Shown here one piece after another: positions 50,215-58,939 of a stretch of 63,263 bases of DNA; within the stretch, counting starts at the first letter, position 1; each line of letters starts with the position of its first letter. The stretch is from Terriglobia bacterium (GTDB taxonomy: Bacteria; Acidobacteriota; Terriglobia; Bryobacterales; Bryobacteraceae), in NCBI GenBank assembly GCA_019242155.1, contig JAFAWA010000038.1, positions 1-63,263 of the forward strand, written 5' to 3'. The notes below the pieces were generated by a model. It did not search any database. It saw nothing but the letters and a program-made list of their open reading frames with translations, and had not been told where the DNA came from. The position numbers were made by a program, and so were the translations under genes.

Positions 50215-50372
50215 GCCGTCCGGTTTCCGCCGGAGGAGGCTCGTGATACGCTTCCACATGCGAGCCGCCCCCCTAATCCCCGAGCGAGCCGGAGTGAAGA
50301 TCCCCACTCATCACTCCGGCATAGCTCGGGCGGCGGCTGGCACAGCCTGATGGGGGTTCAATCATTCGTCCC

Positions 50373-51905
50373 ATGCTAATCCTGATCAGGAAGATGGCCA
50401 TCGTGTGCCACCGCTGGACGGGGGTGGTGTTCTGTCTGTTGTTCGCCTGGTGGTTTGTGTCGGGGATCTTCATGATGTATTGGGATTTTCCGGGCATCAG
50501 CGAAGCGGATCGCCTCGCGCGATCTGAGGCCGTCGACGCCTCCCGCATCAGGGTATCGCCCTCCGCGGCCTACGCTACATTGAAGCAGGAACGCCCTCCG
50601 TCGACCGCGCAGCTCGTGATGTTCGCGGGCCGGCCGGCCTATCGCTTTTCAGGGGAGGGTGGCCGGCGGGGCGCGCAAACGCTCGTCTATGCGGACGATG
50701 GGACACGGCAGGAGCAGTGCGCCGACGCGCTCGCCCTGAGGGTTGCGGCAGCTTGGACAGGCCAACCGCAAACGCTGGCCCGAGTGCAGGAAATGACTGA
50801 CGTGGATCAGTGGACGATCCAAGGCCAGCTCCGAACTCTTCGACCGCTTATCAAATACTCCTGGCCGGACGGAGAGCAGGCATACGTCTCCAAGCGGACC
50901 TGCGCGGTGGTTCAATATACGACGCGCAGCTCCAGAACCTTCGCACATTTAGGCGCCATTCCTCACTGGCTCTATTACACTCCTTTGCAAAAAAACGGCC
51001 TGTTGTGGACCCGGATCGTGATCTGGTCCTCGGGGCTTGCGACGCTCGCGGCGCTGCTGGGGCTCATTGTAGGCATCTCCCTGTACTCGCCTTCGAAACG
51101 CTATTGGGTTTTTGGGGAGCCGACCGGCATTCCTTACAAGGGCCAGAAACGCCTGCATATGATTTTCGGTCTCTTTTTCGGAATGGTTGCCTGCACTTGG
51201 GCTTTCAGCGGAATGCTGTCCATGGACCCGTTCCCAGCGACCACGGCAGGGGAGACCGGCGGCCGAAGCGCCGGGAACCGTATGCTGGCGGCGCTCCACT
51301 CGGGGCGGCTGCAGATGGGCGCGTTCGACGCGAAACCGCCGCGCGAGGCTTTGGCCGAAGTCGCTTCTCAGCTTCGCGTCAAGCAGTTGGATTTCACCTG
51401 GTTTGTTGGCGATCCCGTGTACCTTGCCAGTGAAGATCCGCGGCACACCCGGATTATCCCGGTTAACGGCCCGGCGGCGGAGCATTTCGATAGCGCCCGC
51501 ATCATCCAGATTCTCAAATTGGCCAGCCAACCGGCCGGCTTGGCTGAAGCTCGCGTTCTTAACGAATATGACGCCTATTATGAGGACAGGCTCGGCGAAA
51601 AGCCTTTGCCGGTGATTCTGGCGCGTCTCAATGACAAACAACAGACGCGATATTACATCGATCCTCGAACGGCACGAGTGGTCGGCAGCTACAATTCCCG
51701 CCTATGGATGACCCGCTGGCTTTACCACGGCTTACACTCGCTGGACTTTCCGCTCTTATACAAACATCGCCCGGCTTGGGATGTGGTAGTGCTTTCGCTG
51801 CTGCTCGGCGGTACTGCGCTCTGCGTGACTTCGGTCATCCTCGCGTGGCAGCTCATGCGTAGGAAATTGGCGCCTCCTTCGCAGCGGAGCCGTGCCGCCT
51901 CATAG
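50373..51905 (+). CDS. PepSY-associated TM-helix protein (second copy)
   Basis: 510 aa with MAIVCHRWTGVVFCLLFAWWFVSGIFMMY, AHLGAIPHWLYY, LAALHSGRL and WLYHGLHSLDFP..VVVLSLLLGGTALCVTSVILAW. Confidence 0.83.
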   Translation: MLILIRKMAIVCHRWTGVVFCLLFAWWFVSGIFMMYWDFPGISEADRLARSEAVDASRIRVSPSAAYATLKQERPPSTAQLVMFAGRPAYRFSGEGGRRGAQTLVYADDGTRQEQCADALALRVAAAWTGQPQTLARVQEMTDVDQWTIQGQLRTLRPLIKYSWPDGEQAYVSKRTCAVVQYTTRSSRTFAHLGAIPHWLYYTPLQKNGLLWTRIVIWSSGLATLAALLGLIVGISLYSPSKRYWVFGEPTGIPYKGQKRLHMIFGLFFGMVACTWAFSGMLSMDPFPATTAGETGGRSAGNRMLAALHSGRLQMGAFDAKPPREALAEVASQLRVKQLDFTWFVGDPVYLASEDPRHTRIIPVNGPAAEHFDSARIIQILKLASQPAGLAEARVLNEYDAYYEDRLGEKPLPVILARLNDKQQTRYYIDPRTARVVGSYNSRLWMTRWLYHGLHSLDFPLLYKHRPAWDVVVLSLLLGGTALCVTSVILAWQLMRRKLAPPSQRSRAAS

Positions 51906-51952
51906 TTGCTTCTGGCGCCTCGCCGGCGGTGCGCAGTTGCGAGCGGCGTTCA

Positions 51953-52540
51953 TTACTTGCACCGGTCTGCCAGATTGGGCTTTTCCCGCCATTTGTTATG
52001 ACAATTCGAGCACGCGTTGGTCATCGTATCGGCCGCGGTCAGGATATTGTCCTGATTCTTGGATTGCGCGGCTTTATAGACGGCCATTCCCGCGTCGCGA
52101 AGCTCTTGAACGAACTTTGGCCAATCGGGGTTGTTCAACGGAACGGGCAGTCCGTTGGAGCATTTCCGGCCGGGGAGCATGAGCACGTTGGCAACTTCGG
52201 CGAGCGCCAGTCCGCTGTTTTCGACGGCTGTCCATTTGCCATAGGCACTCGCCAGTAGATTGACTGTGGTTCCCGAATCCTTGTCTTGCGGCACGTCCGC
52301 CGGATTCACATTCTGAGCCGCAAAAATTACGTTTGAGGACGGAAATAGGGTGCCCCGCATTAGCTGCGCGAGATTCGCCTCCACCCGGGCGCCCGGTATG
52401 GGGGAACCCGCGGCGGATCCGGTAGGACGGCTTTTAGCCGGTGCTTGTGCCTGAGAGAGTGCCGGGAAGGGAACCGCAATCACCATTCCGGCAAGAATCA
52501 TAAGACTGCTTCGGGAATTCCGTAAATTCAAGGTTTTCAT
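51953..52540 (-). CDS. Class II (cytochrome c'/c556-like) c-type cytochrome
   Basis: The track ORF extends to 52612, but the signal peptide MKTLNLRNSRSSLMILAGMVIAVPFPALSQAQA starts at ATG 52540. A single CxxCH lies near the extreme C-terminus (ACSNCHNKWREKPNLADRCK), the class-II topology. The preceding sequence is helix-rich. Confidence 0.65.
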   Translation of the reverse strand: MKTLNLRNSRSSLMILAGMVIAVPFPALSQAQAPAKSRPTGSAAGSPIPGARVEANLAQLMRGTLFPSSNVIFAAQNVNPADVPQDKDSGTTVNLLASAYGKWTAVENSGLALAEVANVLMLPGRKCSNGLPVPLNNPDWPKFVQELRDAGMAVYKAAQSKNQDNILTAADTMTNACSNCHNKWREKPNLADRCK

Positions 52541-52559
52541 ATATCGGCTCCGGGAGAAT

Positions 52560-52964
52560 TCATGGTTGGGGACCACCGTCAAGGCTCGTGCCGGCGAACA
52601 CCTTGCGGCCATTTGCGAGCAAGACCGATCGGGCGGACGCCACTTTGGCGCCGTCGCGCGCTGGATAGCCTACTACGGTTACGCGGTCGCCGGCTTTGAG
52701 CGAGTGACGATCCCAACCCAACCTCGTCAACGAATTGGGTCCCGCGATCTCGAAAGCCCAGTTTGCAGTGCGCCCAGCCTTTTCTGTAACAGTGGCATAA
52801 AAATACACGTGGGGATTAGTCCAGTCGACCTTGGTGACGACGCCCTCAAAGGTAGTGGATTGCTTCGCGTCGAACTCCGCGGAGAATGCATGGTGGGCCG
52901 AAAGGCGCGGCACATCGAACGCGTAACTGACACATAATGTAAATCCGATCAAGATGGCCCGCAT
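52560..52964 (-). CDS. Small secreted His-His protein (resembles what I recall as DUF6152), paralog A
   Basis: Starts at ATG 52964 (MRAILIGFTLCVSYAF..RLSA|HHAFSAEFDAKQS..). Conserved with paralog B: AHHxFSxEFDA, KVxWxxPH, VASAR, ANGK and DGGP. It lies 19 nt upstream of the cytochrome c' gene. Confidence 0.65.
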   Translation of the reverse strand: MRAILIGFTLCVSYAFDVPRLSAHHAFSAEFDAKQSTTFEGVVTKVDWTNPHVYFYATVTEKAGRTANWAFEIAGPNSLTRLGWDRHSLKAGDRVTVVGYPARDGAKVASARSVLLANGRKVFAGTSLDGGPQP

Positions 52965-53132
52965 GAAAGTGCAGAGCGCCCGGCGCTTACCGACCGGTTG
53001 TAGCACAGGTTTAGCTCAGCGATGGCCAATGGGCAGGACACGGCGGTCTGTGACCTGGTTGGCAGCGTTTAAGGACGGGCGATCTGCCGGCGCGAGCGCC
53101 TGAGCTAGGCCGTTTCACAACATACTGAGAGC

Positions 53133-53149
53133 ATTTGTCTTCGACAAAT
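53133..53149. promoter_or_regulatory. Perfect 7-3-7 palindrome ATTTGTC-TTC-GACAAAT (candidate operator)
   Basis: Read directly from the sequence, in the 347-bp divergent spacer between the two His-His paralogs. Confidence 0.4.
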
Positions 53150-53157
53150 TAGAAAAG

Positions 53158-53175
53158 GTCACAATACGCTGTGAC
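53158..53175. promoter_or_regulatory. Inverted repeat GTCACA-N6-TGTGAC containing the GGTCAC motif
   Basis: The sequence is aGGTCACAatacgcTGTGACtt. It is adjacent to the first palindrome, and a further CCAGGTCACA copy lies on the other strand at 53049-53058. Confidence 0.4.
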
Positions 53176-53311
53176 TTGCCCGTATCCCAAGCGAGCGCGG
53201 TGACAGACGCGCGCGATCGCTATTTTCTTAACCAGTGGGAGCTCTGAACAGCATGCAGGATCAGGAGTCTGGGTGCCTGTTTGCTTGAGTTCGCCCCAGG
53301 AGGTTTCTACG

Positions 53312-53710
53312 ATGAGGGTAAAAAGAATAGCAGCCCTGTCTGCTCTTTCGATTGGAGGTTTCCAGTTATGGGCACATCATCAATTCTCGTCCGAATTCGA
53401 TGCGAACAAGTCCATGACCTTAACAGGAACGGTTTCGAAAGTCGAATGGGTCAAACCGCATGCCTACATTTACCTGAACGCCAAGAATGAAAGCGGGAAA
53501 GTGGAGCAATGGAAGCTGGAGACGGCTAGTCCCGACTATTTGAAACAACATGGCATAACCCCTTCCAATTTCAAGAAGGGCGAATTCGTGACGGTGCATG
53601 CGTATGGTGCGACTAATGAGCCTCATGTTGCTTCTGCGCGAATGGTGACTGCCAACGGCAAAGATATAGAGGTTGCAGACCCTAAGGAAGACGGCGGCCC
53701 CGAGAAGTAA
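53312..53710 (+). CDS. Small secreted His-His protein (DUF6152-like), paralog B
   Basis: AGGAGG lies 8 nt before ATG 53312. The sequence is MRVKRIAALSALSIGGFQLWA|HHQFSSEFDANKS...KVEWVKPH...VASARMVTANGK...DGGPEK. By eye it is about 40% identical to paralog A. Confidence 0.7.
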   Translation: MRVKRIAALSALSIGGFQLWAHHQFSSEFDANKSMTLTGTVSKVEWVKPHAYIYLNAKNESGKVEQWKLETASPDYLKQHGITPSNFKKGEFVTVHAYGATNEPHVASARMVTANGKDIEVADPKEDGGPEK

Positions 53711-53720
53711 CGGCAAAAGC

Positions 53721-54653
53721 TCAATGTGAACCAGCCATTCTTGTTCTGCGATTCCACCACAGGATAAGTCCGGTTATGGCTAAGAATGCAGTAAAAAGAC
53801 TCGCCGAGGCCCAGAGAATGCGCATAGCCATCGACGGAAATTGGCCAACGTGAAACGTGTAAGACAGGCGAGCGAGTGGTGACGGTACCCGAAGCTGGAG
53901 GGTAGTTTCGGTAATCAGCACAGCGGCGGTGACTGCGAATATGAAAACGAGCGGGAAGGTCCAAAAGCCGACGGCGCTATGGAACTCCCAATGGAATCGC
54001 CTCAACTGTAAATGACGGCGAATTCGCAGGTGCCGCCGCCATCGGCTGACGCCAGGCCACCAGATCACGATCCCAGTAGAGGCTAACGAAGCAAGCAGAG
54101 CAGCTCCCAAACCATTTACCCGGCGCCCGCTCGCCCCCGAACATAAGTTCGTGTGGAGATCCTTCACGGAATTTAACAGGCGCACCGGGAAAGGTCTCGC
54201 GGTACCCAAGTCTTCTCCTGTGAATGGATCGAAGAGACGCTCGGTCTGGTTGCGTCCGTGAGTCAACCAGATTTCGACCGGAAGATTGCTCCGCTCCCAA
54301 ATCCAAGTCACCGAGGAGCCCGGATGCGCCTTAAGGGCTGCCTCCTTCAGCTGTGCGCGGGTCAGATGCTTAGCACGAACCTCAATATGAGGGTGCGGCG
54401 TTAACCCCCGGTAAAGCTCCGCGTAAAATACCAAGACACATCCGGTAAGGCTCATCATCACGACGTACAGTCCGGCTCCGACTCCTATCCAACTGTGGAT
54501 GCGAAATAGAAACTGCCGGGCAGACAAGCGCTGCGGATGCCCAACCCAGGTTCGCCACGTGGAGGAGAGCGCCGGAACTACCGAAAACAGCTGCAGTTTG
54601 CGCCATCGGATTAGAAGCCCACACGGTCCCCCCGTTGCCGGCATGAACGACAT
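53721..54653 (-). CDS. PepSY-associated TM-helix protein (third copy), last gene of the czc operon
   Basis: 310 aa with FLFRIHSWIGVGAGLYVVMMSLTGCVLVF, VKDLHTNLCSG and GLGAALLASLASTGIVIWWPG. It starts 6 nt after the czcA stop. Confidence 0.8.
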   Translation of the reverse strand: MSFMPATGGPCGLLIRWRKLQLFSVVPALSSTWRTWVGHPQRLSARQFLFRIHSWIGVGAGLYVVMMSLTGCVLVFYAELYRGLTPHPHIEVRAKHLTRAQLKEAALKAHPGSSVTWIWERSNLPVEIWLTHGRNQTERLFDPFTGEDLGTARPFPVRLLNSVKDLHTNLCSGASGRRVNGLGAALLASLASTGIVIWWPGVSRWRRHLRIRRHLQLRRFHWEFHSAVGFWTFPLVFIFAVTAAVLITETTLQLRVPSPLARLSYTFHVGQFPSMAMRILWASASLFTAFLAITGLILWWNRRTRMAGSH

Positions 54654-54659
54654 TATAAG

Positions 54660-57600
54660 TTACGAATTTACTCTCAGGCCGCGCTTCCGCGGCGTCGTCC
54701 ACTCATACAATACGGGCAAAAGAAAGAGCGTCAGCATGGTGGAACTGACCAGGCCGCCAATCACCACGCTCGCGAGCGGCCGCTGCACTTCGGCGCCGGT
54801 GGAGCTCGAAATCGCCATGGGAACAAATCCGAAACTGGCGACGAAAGCGGTCATGAGCACAGGCCGCAATCTGCGGCGCGCTCCCAGGCGTACGGCTTGG
54901 CCGGAAGAGTGCCCGGCATTTTGCATTTGATTGATGGAACTGACCAGCACCACTCCGTTGAGCATCGCGACTCCGAATAGCGCAATGAACCCAATTGAGG
55001 CCGAAAGATTGAGATTCAATCCGCGAAGCCAAAGAGCGGCAATCCCGCCCACCAGAGCAAACGGTATGTTTCCTACTACGAGCAAAGCGTCGCGGGCGCT
55101 CGAAAAGGTTAGATACAAAAGCACGAAGATCAGCGCGATCGCAACAGGTACGATCAGCATTAGCCGGTGAGCCGCTCGCTCCTGGTTTTCAAACTGACCG
55201 CCATACTCTATGAAGTACCCCGTCGGCAGGGTGATGCCGCGCTCGATGCGCGACCGGACTTCCGCGACAAAACCACCCAAGTCGCGCCCGCGCACATTGG
55301 ACATGACGACGATACGCCGCTGACCGGACTCCCGGTTGATCAGCTCCGGCCCGCGTTTTACCTCGACCCGCGCCACGGCGCTTAAAGCGACCTGTTCGCC
55401 GCCCCGCGCACGCAGCATAATCCGGCGCATCGCGTCAGGATCGGTCCGGTAGCGCTGTGGGAGACGCAGAGCCACGGTATAGCGTTTCTGGCCGTCGATG
55501 ATTTCGGAGATTACATCGCCCGAACCACCGCTGGAAACCGCCTGTTCCACATCCGTGATGTTCAGGCCGTACCGGGCGAGAGCGGAGCGATCCACCGCAA
55601 CCGACAACTCCGCCACTCCGGAGGTGATCTCCATCTGGGCGTCCGCCGCGCCGCGAACCGCCGAAACGGTCCGTAATAGCTGCTGCCCAATGGTGTCGAG
55701 CGTACGGAAGTCATCACCGAAAATTTTAATCGCCAGGTCCGCCTTGACTCCCGAAATCGTTTCGTCAATGCGCATGGCCATGGGTTGCGTGAAACTATGC
55801 GCGACGCCTGGGATCGTATCGAGCTCCTTATCGAGCGCCGCAATCAGTCTTTCCTTACTATGGAACCTGGTCCAAGTCTCCATCGAGCGCAGCAGAAGGT
55901 AGGTGTCTCCTTCGTTGATTCCCATGGCCTCGGTTGCAAAATCCGGACGGCCGATTTTGATCACCACATCCGCAATTTCCGGAAACTTCCGGAGCCGCTG
56001 CTCGATGACTTTACTGATGGCCACGGACTCGGTTAGTGAGACTCCGGGCAATTTGCGCGTCTCCACCAGAATCGATCCTTCATCGAGGCGCGGCATGAAT
56101 TCCGTTCCGATGAAGTACAACGATCCGAGCGCCGCGGCCAACACCAGTACGGCAGCAGACACGACAAGGATGCGGTGCCGAATTGCCTGGTCCAAAACCC
56201 GGGTATAGCCGTTGGTCAGCGAGGTCATCCACCGTGGCTCGCGCGAGGACTCATGTTCAACTCCTTTTCGGAACGCGGCCGAGGTCAGCAGCGGCACCAT
56301 GGTCAGCGCGAGAACAAGCGATCCGGCGAGCGCAGTGCATACCGTAATCGCCATGGGGCGGAACATCCGGCCCTCCATTCCCTGCAAAAACAGAATCGGC
56401 AGATAGACCGCAATGATGATGATTACGGCGAAGACCATGGGGCGTGCGACTTCGTGTGCCGCGTGACGAATGGATTCCAGGGGCAATCGCCGGCCGCGGT
56501 CTTCTTGCAGACGATGCACGGAATTTTCCATCATGACAACGGCGCCGTCCACGATCATTCCAAAGTCGATCGCCCCGAGGCTCATCAAATTCGCGCTGAT
56601 GCCGAACAGACGCATTCCGAGGAAGCTGATCAGCATGGAAAACGGAATAATCGCCGCCGTAATGAGGGCGGCCCGGAGATTGCCAAGGAACAGCAGCAAT
56701 ACGATCGTGACCAGAATGAAGCCTTCAAACAGATTTTTCTCCACTGTATGGATCGTGCCGTCGATTACGAACGACTGGTCGTAAAAGGGAGTAATCCTCA
56801 CCCCGGGCGGTAAGCGGAGATTGCGAATTCTCTCCTTTACACGCTCGATCAGCTTCTTCCCGTTTTCCCCTTTGAGCATGATCACCATGCCGGAGACGGT
56901 TTCGCCGTTGCGCAGTGTCGCTCCTTCTGGCGGGGCAGAGCCGATGCGAACTTGAGCAACGTCTCGCAGCAGCAGCGGTACGCCGTTTTTCGCACTGAGC
57001 ACGATGCGGCCCAGGTCTTCAGCCGTTACTGCCCGGCCGGAGCCCAACAAAGTGTACTGCTCGGCAGCGTGCTCAATGAAACCTCCTCCGAAATTGGTGT
57101 TATTCTCCTGAACGCGTGTTTCTATTTCGTGGAGAGTCAGTCCGTATTGATCAAGCAGCGCTGGATCGACAAGAATCTGGTACTGCTTCGTTTGGCCGCC
57201 CCAGGCATTGATCTCGCTCACTCCCGGAATTGTGCGCAACTGTGGTTTGATCACCCACTCGTGAAGGTCCTTCAGTTCCATCGGACCCATGGGGCCTGAT
57301 AGTGTGTACTGGTAAAGCTCCCCAAACGCGGTAGCAGGCAGGCCGAGAGCAGGCCGAATTCCGCGAGGCAAACTGGAAGAGACTTGCTGCAACCGCTCAG
57401 CGACAAGCTGCCTTGCAAAGTACATGCCCACGGAGTCATCGAAGACGATAGTGACCAGAGACAGACCGAGCTTTGAAAGGGATCGGACCTCCTCTTTATT
57501 GGGCAAGCCGAGCATCGCCCGTTCGATCGGATAGGTCACGAGCTGTTCCACCTCGGCCGGCGGCAGCGACGGAGCATCCGTCACCACCACAACCTGATTG

Positions 57601-57731
57601 TTGGTGAGGTCCGGGAAGGCTTCCACGGGAATGGTATAGAGGGCGTAGCCACCCGCGCCCAGCAGAGCCAAGATGCCAAGGAGCACGAGCCAGCGATAGG
57701 CCAAGGTCAAATCAATTATCCGGTTCAGCAC
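54660..57731 (-). CDS. czcA: CusA/CzcA-family heavy-metal efflux RND transporter
   Basis: 1023 aa beginning MLNRIIDLTLAYRWLVLLGILALLGAGGYALYTIPVEAFPDLTNNQVVVVT, with 12-TM RND architecture throughout. Confidence 0.93.
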   Translation of the reverse strand: MLNRIIDLTLAYRWLVLLGILALLGAGGYALYTIPVEAFPDLTNNQVVVVTDAPSLPPAEVEQLVTYPIERAMLGLPNKEEVRSLSKLGLSLVTIVFDDSVGMYFARQLVAERLQQVSSSLPRGIRPALGLPATAFGELYQYTLSGPMGPMELKDLHEWVIKPQLRTIPGVSEINAWGGQTKQYQILVDPALLDQYGLTLHEIETRVQENNTNFGGGFIEHAAEQYTLLGSGRAVTAEDLGRIVLSAKNGVPLLLRDVAQVRIGSAPPEGATLRNGETVSGMVIMLKGENGKKLIERVKERIRNLRLPPGVRITPFYDQSFVIDGTIHTVEKNLFEGFILVTIVLLLFLGNLRAALITAAIIPFSMLISFLGMRLFGISANLMSLGAIDFGMIVDGAVVMMENSVHRLQEDRGRRLPLESIRHAAHEVARPMVFAVIIIIAVYLPILFLQGMEGRMFRPMAITVCTALAGSLVLALTMVPLLTSAAFRKGVEHESSREPRWMTSLTNGYTRVLDQAIRHRILVVSAAVLVLAAALGSLYFIGTEFMPRLDEGSILVETRKLPGVSLTESVAISKVIEQRLRKFPEIADVVIKIGRPDFATEAMGINEGDTYLLLRSMETWTRFHSKERLIAALDKELDTIPGVAHSFTQPMAMRIDETISGVKADLAIKIFGDDFRTLDTIGQQLLRTVSAVRGAADAQMEITSGVAELSVAVDRSALARYGLNITDVEQAVSSGGSGDVISEIIDGQKRYTVALRLPQRYRTDPDAMRRIMLRARGGEQVALSAVARVEVKRGPELINRESGQRRIVVMSNVRGRDLGGFVAEVRSRIERGITLPTGYFIEYGGQFENQERAAHRLMLIVPVAIALIFVLLYLTFSSARDALLVVGNIPFALVGGIAALWLRGLNLNLSASIGFIALFGVAMLNGVVLVSSINQMQNAGHSSGQAVRLGARRRLRPVLMTAFVASFGFVPMAISSSTGAEVQRPLASVVIGGLVSSTMLTLFLLPVLYEWTTPRKRGLRVNS

Positions 57732-57736
57732 TGTGC

Positions 57737-58939
57737 TTACTCGCTTTCCAGACTGGATCGCAGCAACTGCGACTTGAGAATGAAACTGCCGCGAATCACC
57801 AGCCTCTCGCCAGAGCGGACGCCTTCGAAGACGGGAGTGCTGCCGTCGGCGGTTTCGCCAATGCGAACCGGCCGAACCGCGAAGCGCCCCGGCGCAACCT
57901 GGGCGAAAACTACGTCCTGACCGTTGATTTGCTGGACGGCATCGGACGCAACCAAAATCACTTGCCTGCCTCTGCCTACGGGAATTTGCGCATCGGCGAG
58001 CATCTCGGGCCTTAAGCGGCCGCCCGCATTCGCCAATTCGATACGCACCTCTATGACGCGCGTAGCAGGATCGAATTCCTGGCCGAGATTCGTAATTCTG
58101 CCGGAGAAGCGGGTGCCTTCCAAGCCCGGCAAAGTTACCGAGGCCTGCTGACCCATGCGGAGTTTGCCCAGATCTTCCTGGTGCACGGCCGCCAGCATCC
58201 AGACCTTTGAAAGGTCGCCGATAACGAAGGTGACGTCTGTGAGCGCGATCGCCTTACCAGGCGTAATGCTCTTCTCGATGACGTAACCGTCTCCCGAAGC
58301 GATGATCGGCACATCGTCTTCGGTTTCATCCTGCCGGTCGGCGGGTGGGTCAGCCGGAACGCGGAGGTCGTCCTCGAGCAAGTCTTTTCCCCTGTCCACT
58401 TCTATTTCCGCCTTGCGCACAGCCCCCTGAGCCATGGTCAGATCCTGCTGCGCCAATTCCACCTGTTGAACGGAACCGGCCTTCAGTTCGAGCAGCCTCT
58501 GCGCCCGATCGAGGTTCCGTTGTGCCTGAGCCGCAGCGGCTTTGGCACGATCCAACTCGGCGAGAGTCGCCCGGTACTGCGCGCGCGAATCGCGCACCTC
58601 ATCGGCGTGGTAGCGGGCCAGAATCTGGCCTTGATGAACATAGTCGCCCAGGCGCGTATAAACATGAGTGACGAGGCCTGGCGTGCGGATCCCGACCCGC
58701 CACGTACGATCATCTGCGAGCGCGATCTTACCTTTCACCCGCAGCAGCTCCGGCTGGCTGGAAAGCGCCGCGGTTTGCGTCTCGATATTCGCCGCGCCCA
58801 GTTGCTCCGGTGAGAGGACGACCTCCGCTTTATCTGCTCTAGCCTCCTTGGAGCCGGCCGAAACCTCGCCCGAAGGCATCGCCCGATTGCAGGCGGCCAA
58901 AGCGAAACACGCCAACAGCAAACAGCAATTCCTGTTCAT
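57737..58939 (-). CDS. czcB: Efflux RND periplasmic adaptor (CzcB/CusB-like), lipoprotein signal
   Basis: The track ORF extends to 59008. MNRNCCLLLACFALAAC (lipobox) starts at ATG 58939, which overlaps the czcC stop as ATGA. It has a coiled-coil hairpin and beta-barrel MFP pattern. Confidence 0.88.
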   Translation of the reverse strand: MNRNCCLLLACFALAACNRAMPSGEVSAGSKEARADKAEVVLSPEQLGAANIETQTAALSSQPELLRVKGKIALADDRTWRVGIRTPGLVTHVYTRLGDYVHQGQILARYHADEVRDSRAQYRATLAELDRAKAAAAQAQRNLDRAQRLLELKAGSVQQVELAQQDLTMAQGAVRKAEIEVDRGKDLLEDDLRVPADPPADRQDETEDDVPIIASGDGYVIEKSITPGKAIALTDVTFVIGDLSKVWMLAAVHQEDLGKLRMGQQASVTLPGLEGTRFSGRITNLGQEFDPATRVIEVRIELANAGGRLRPEMLADAQIPVGRGRQVILVASDAVQQINGQDVVFAQVAPGRFAVRPVRIGETADGSTPVFEGVRSGERLVIRGSFILKSQLLRSSLESE

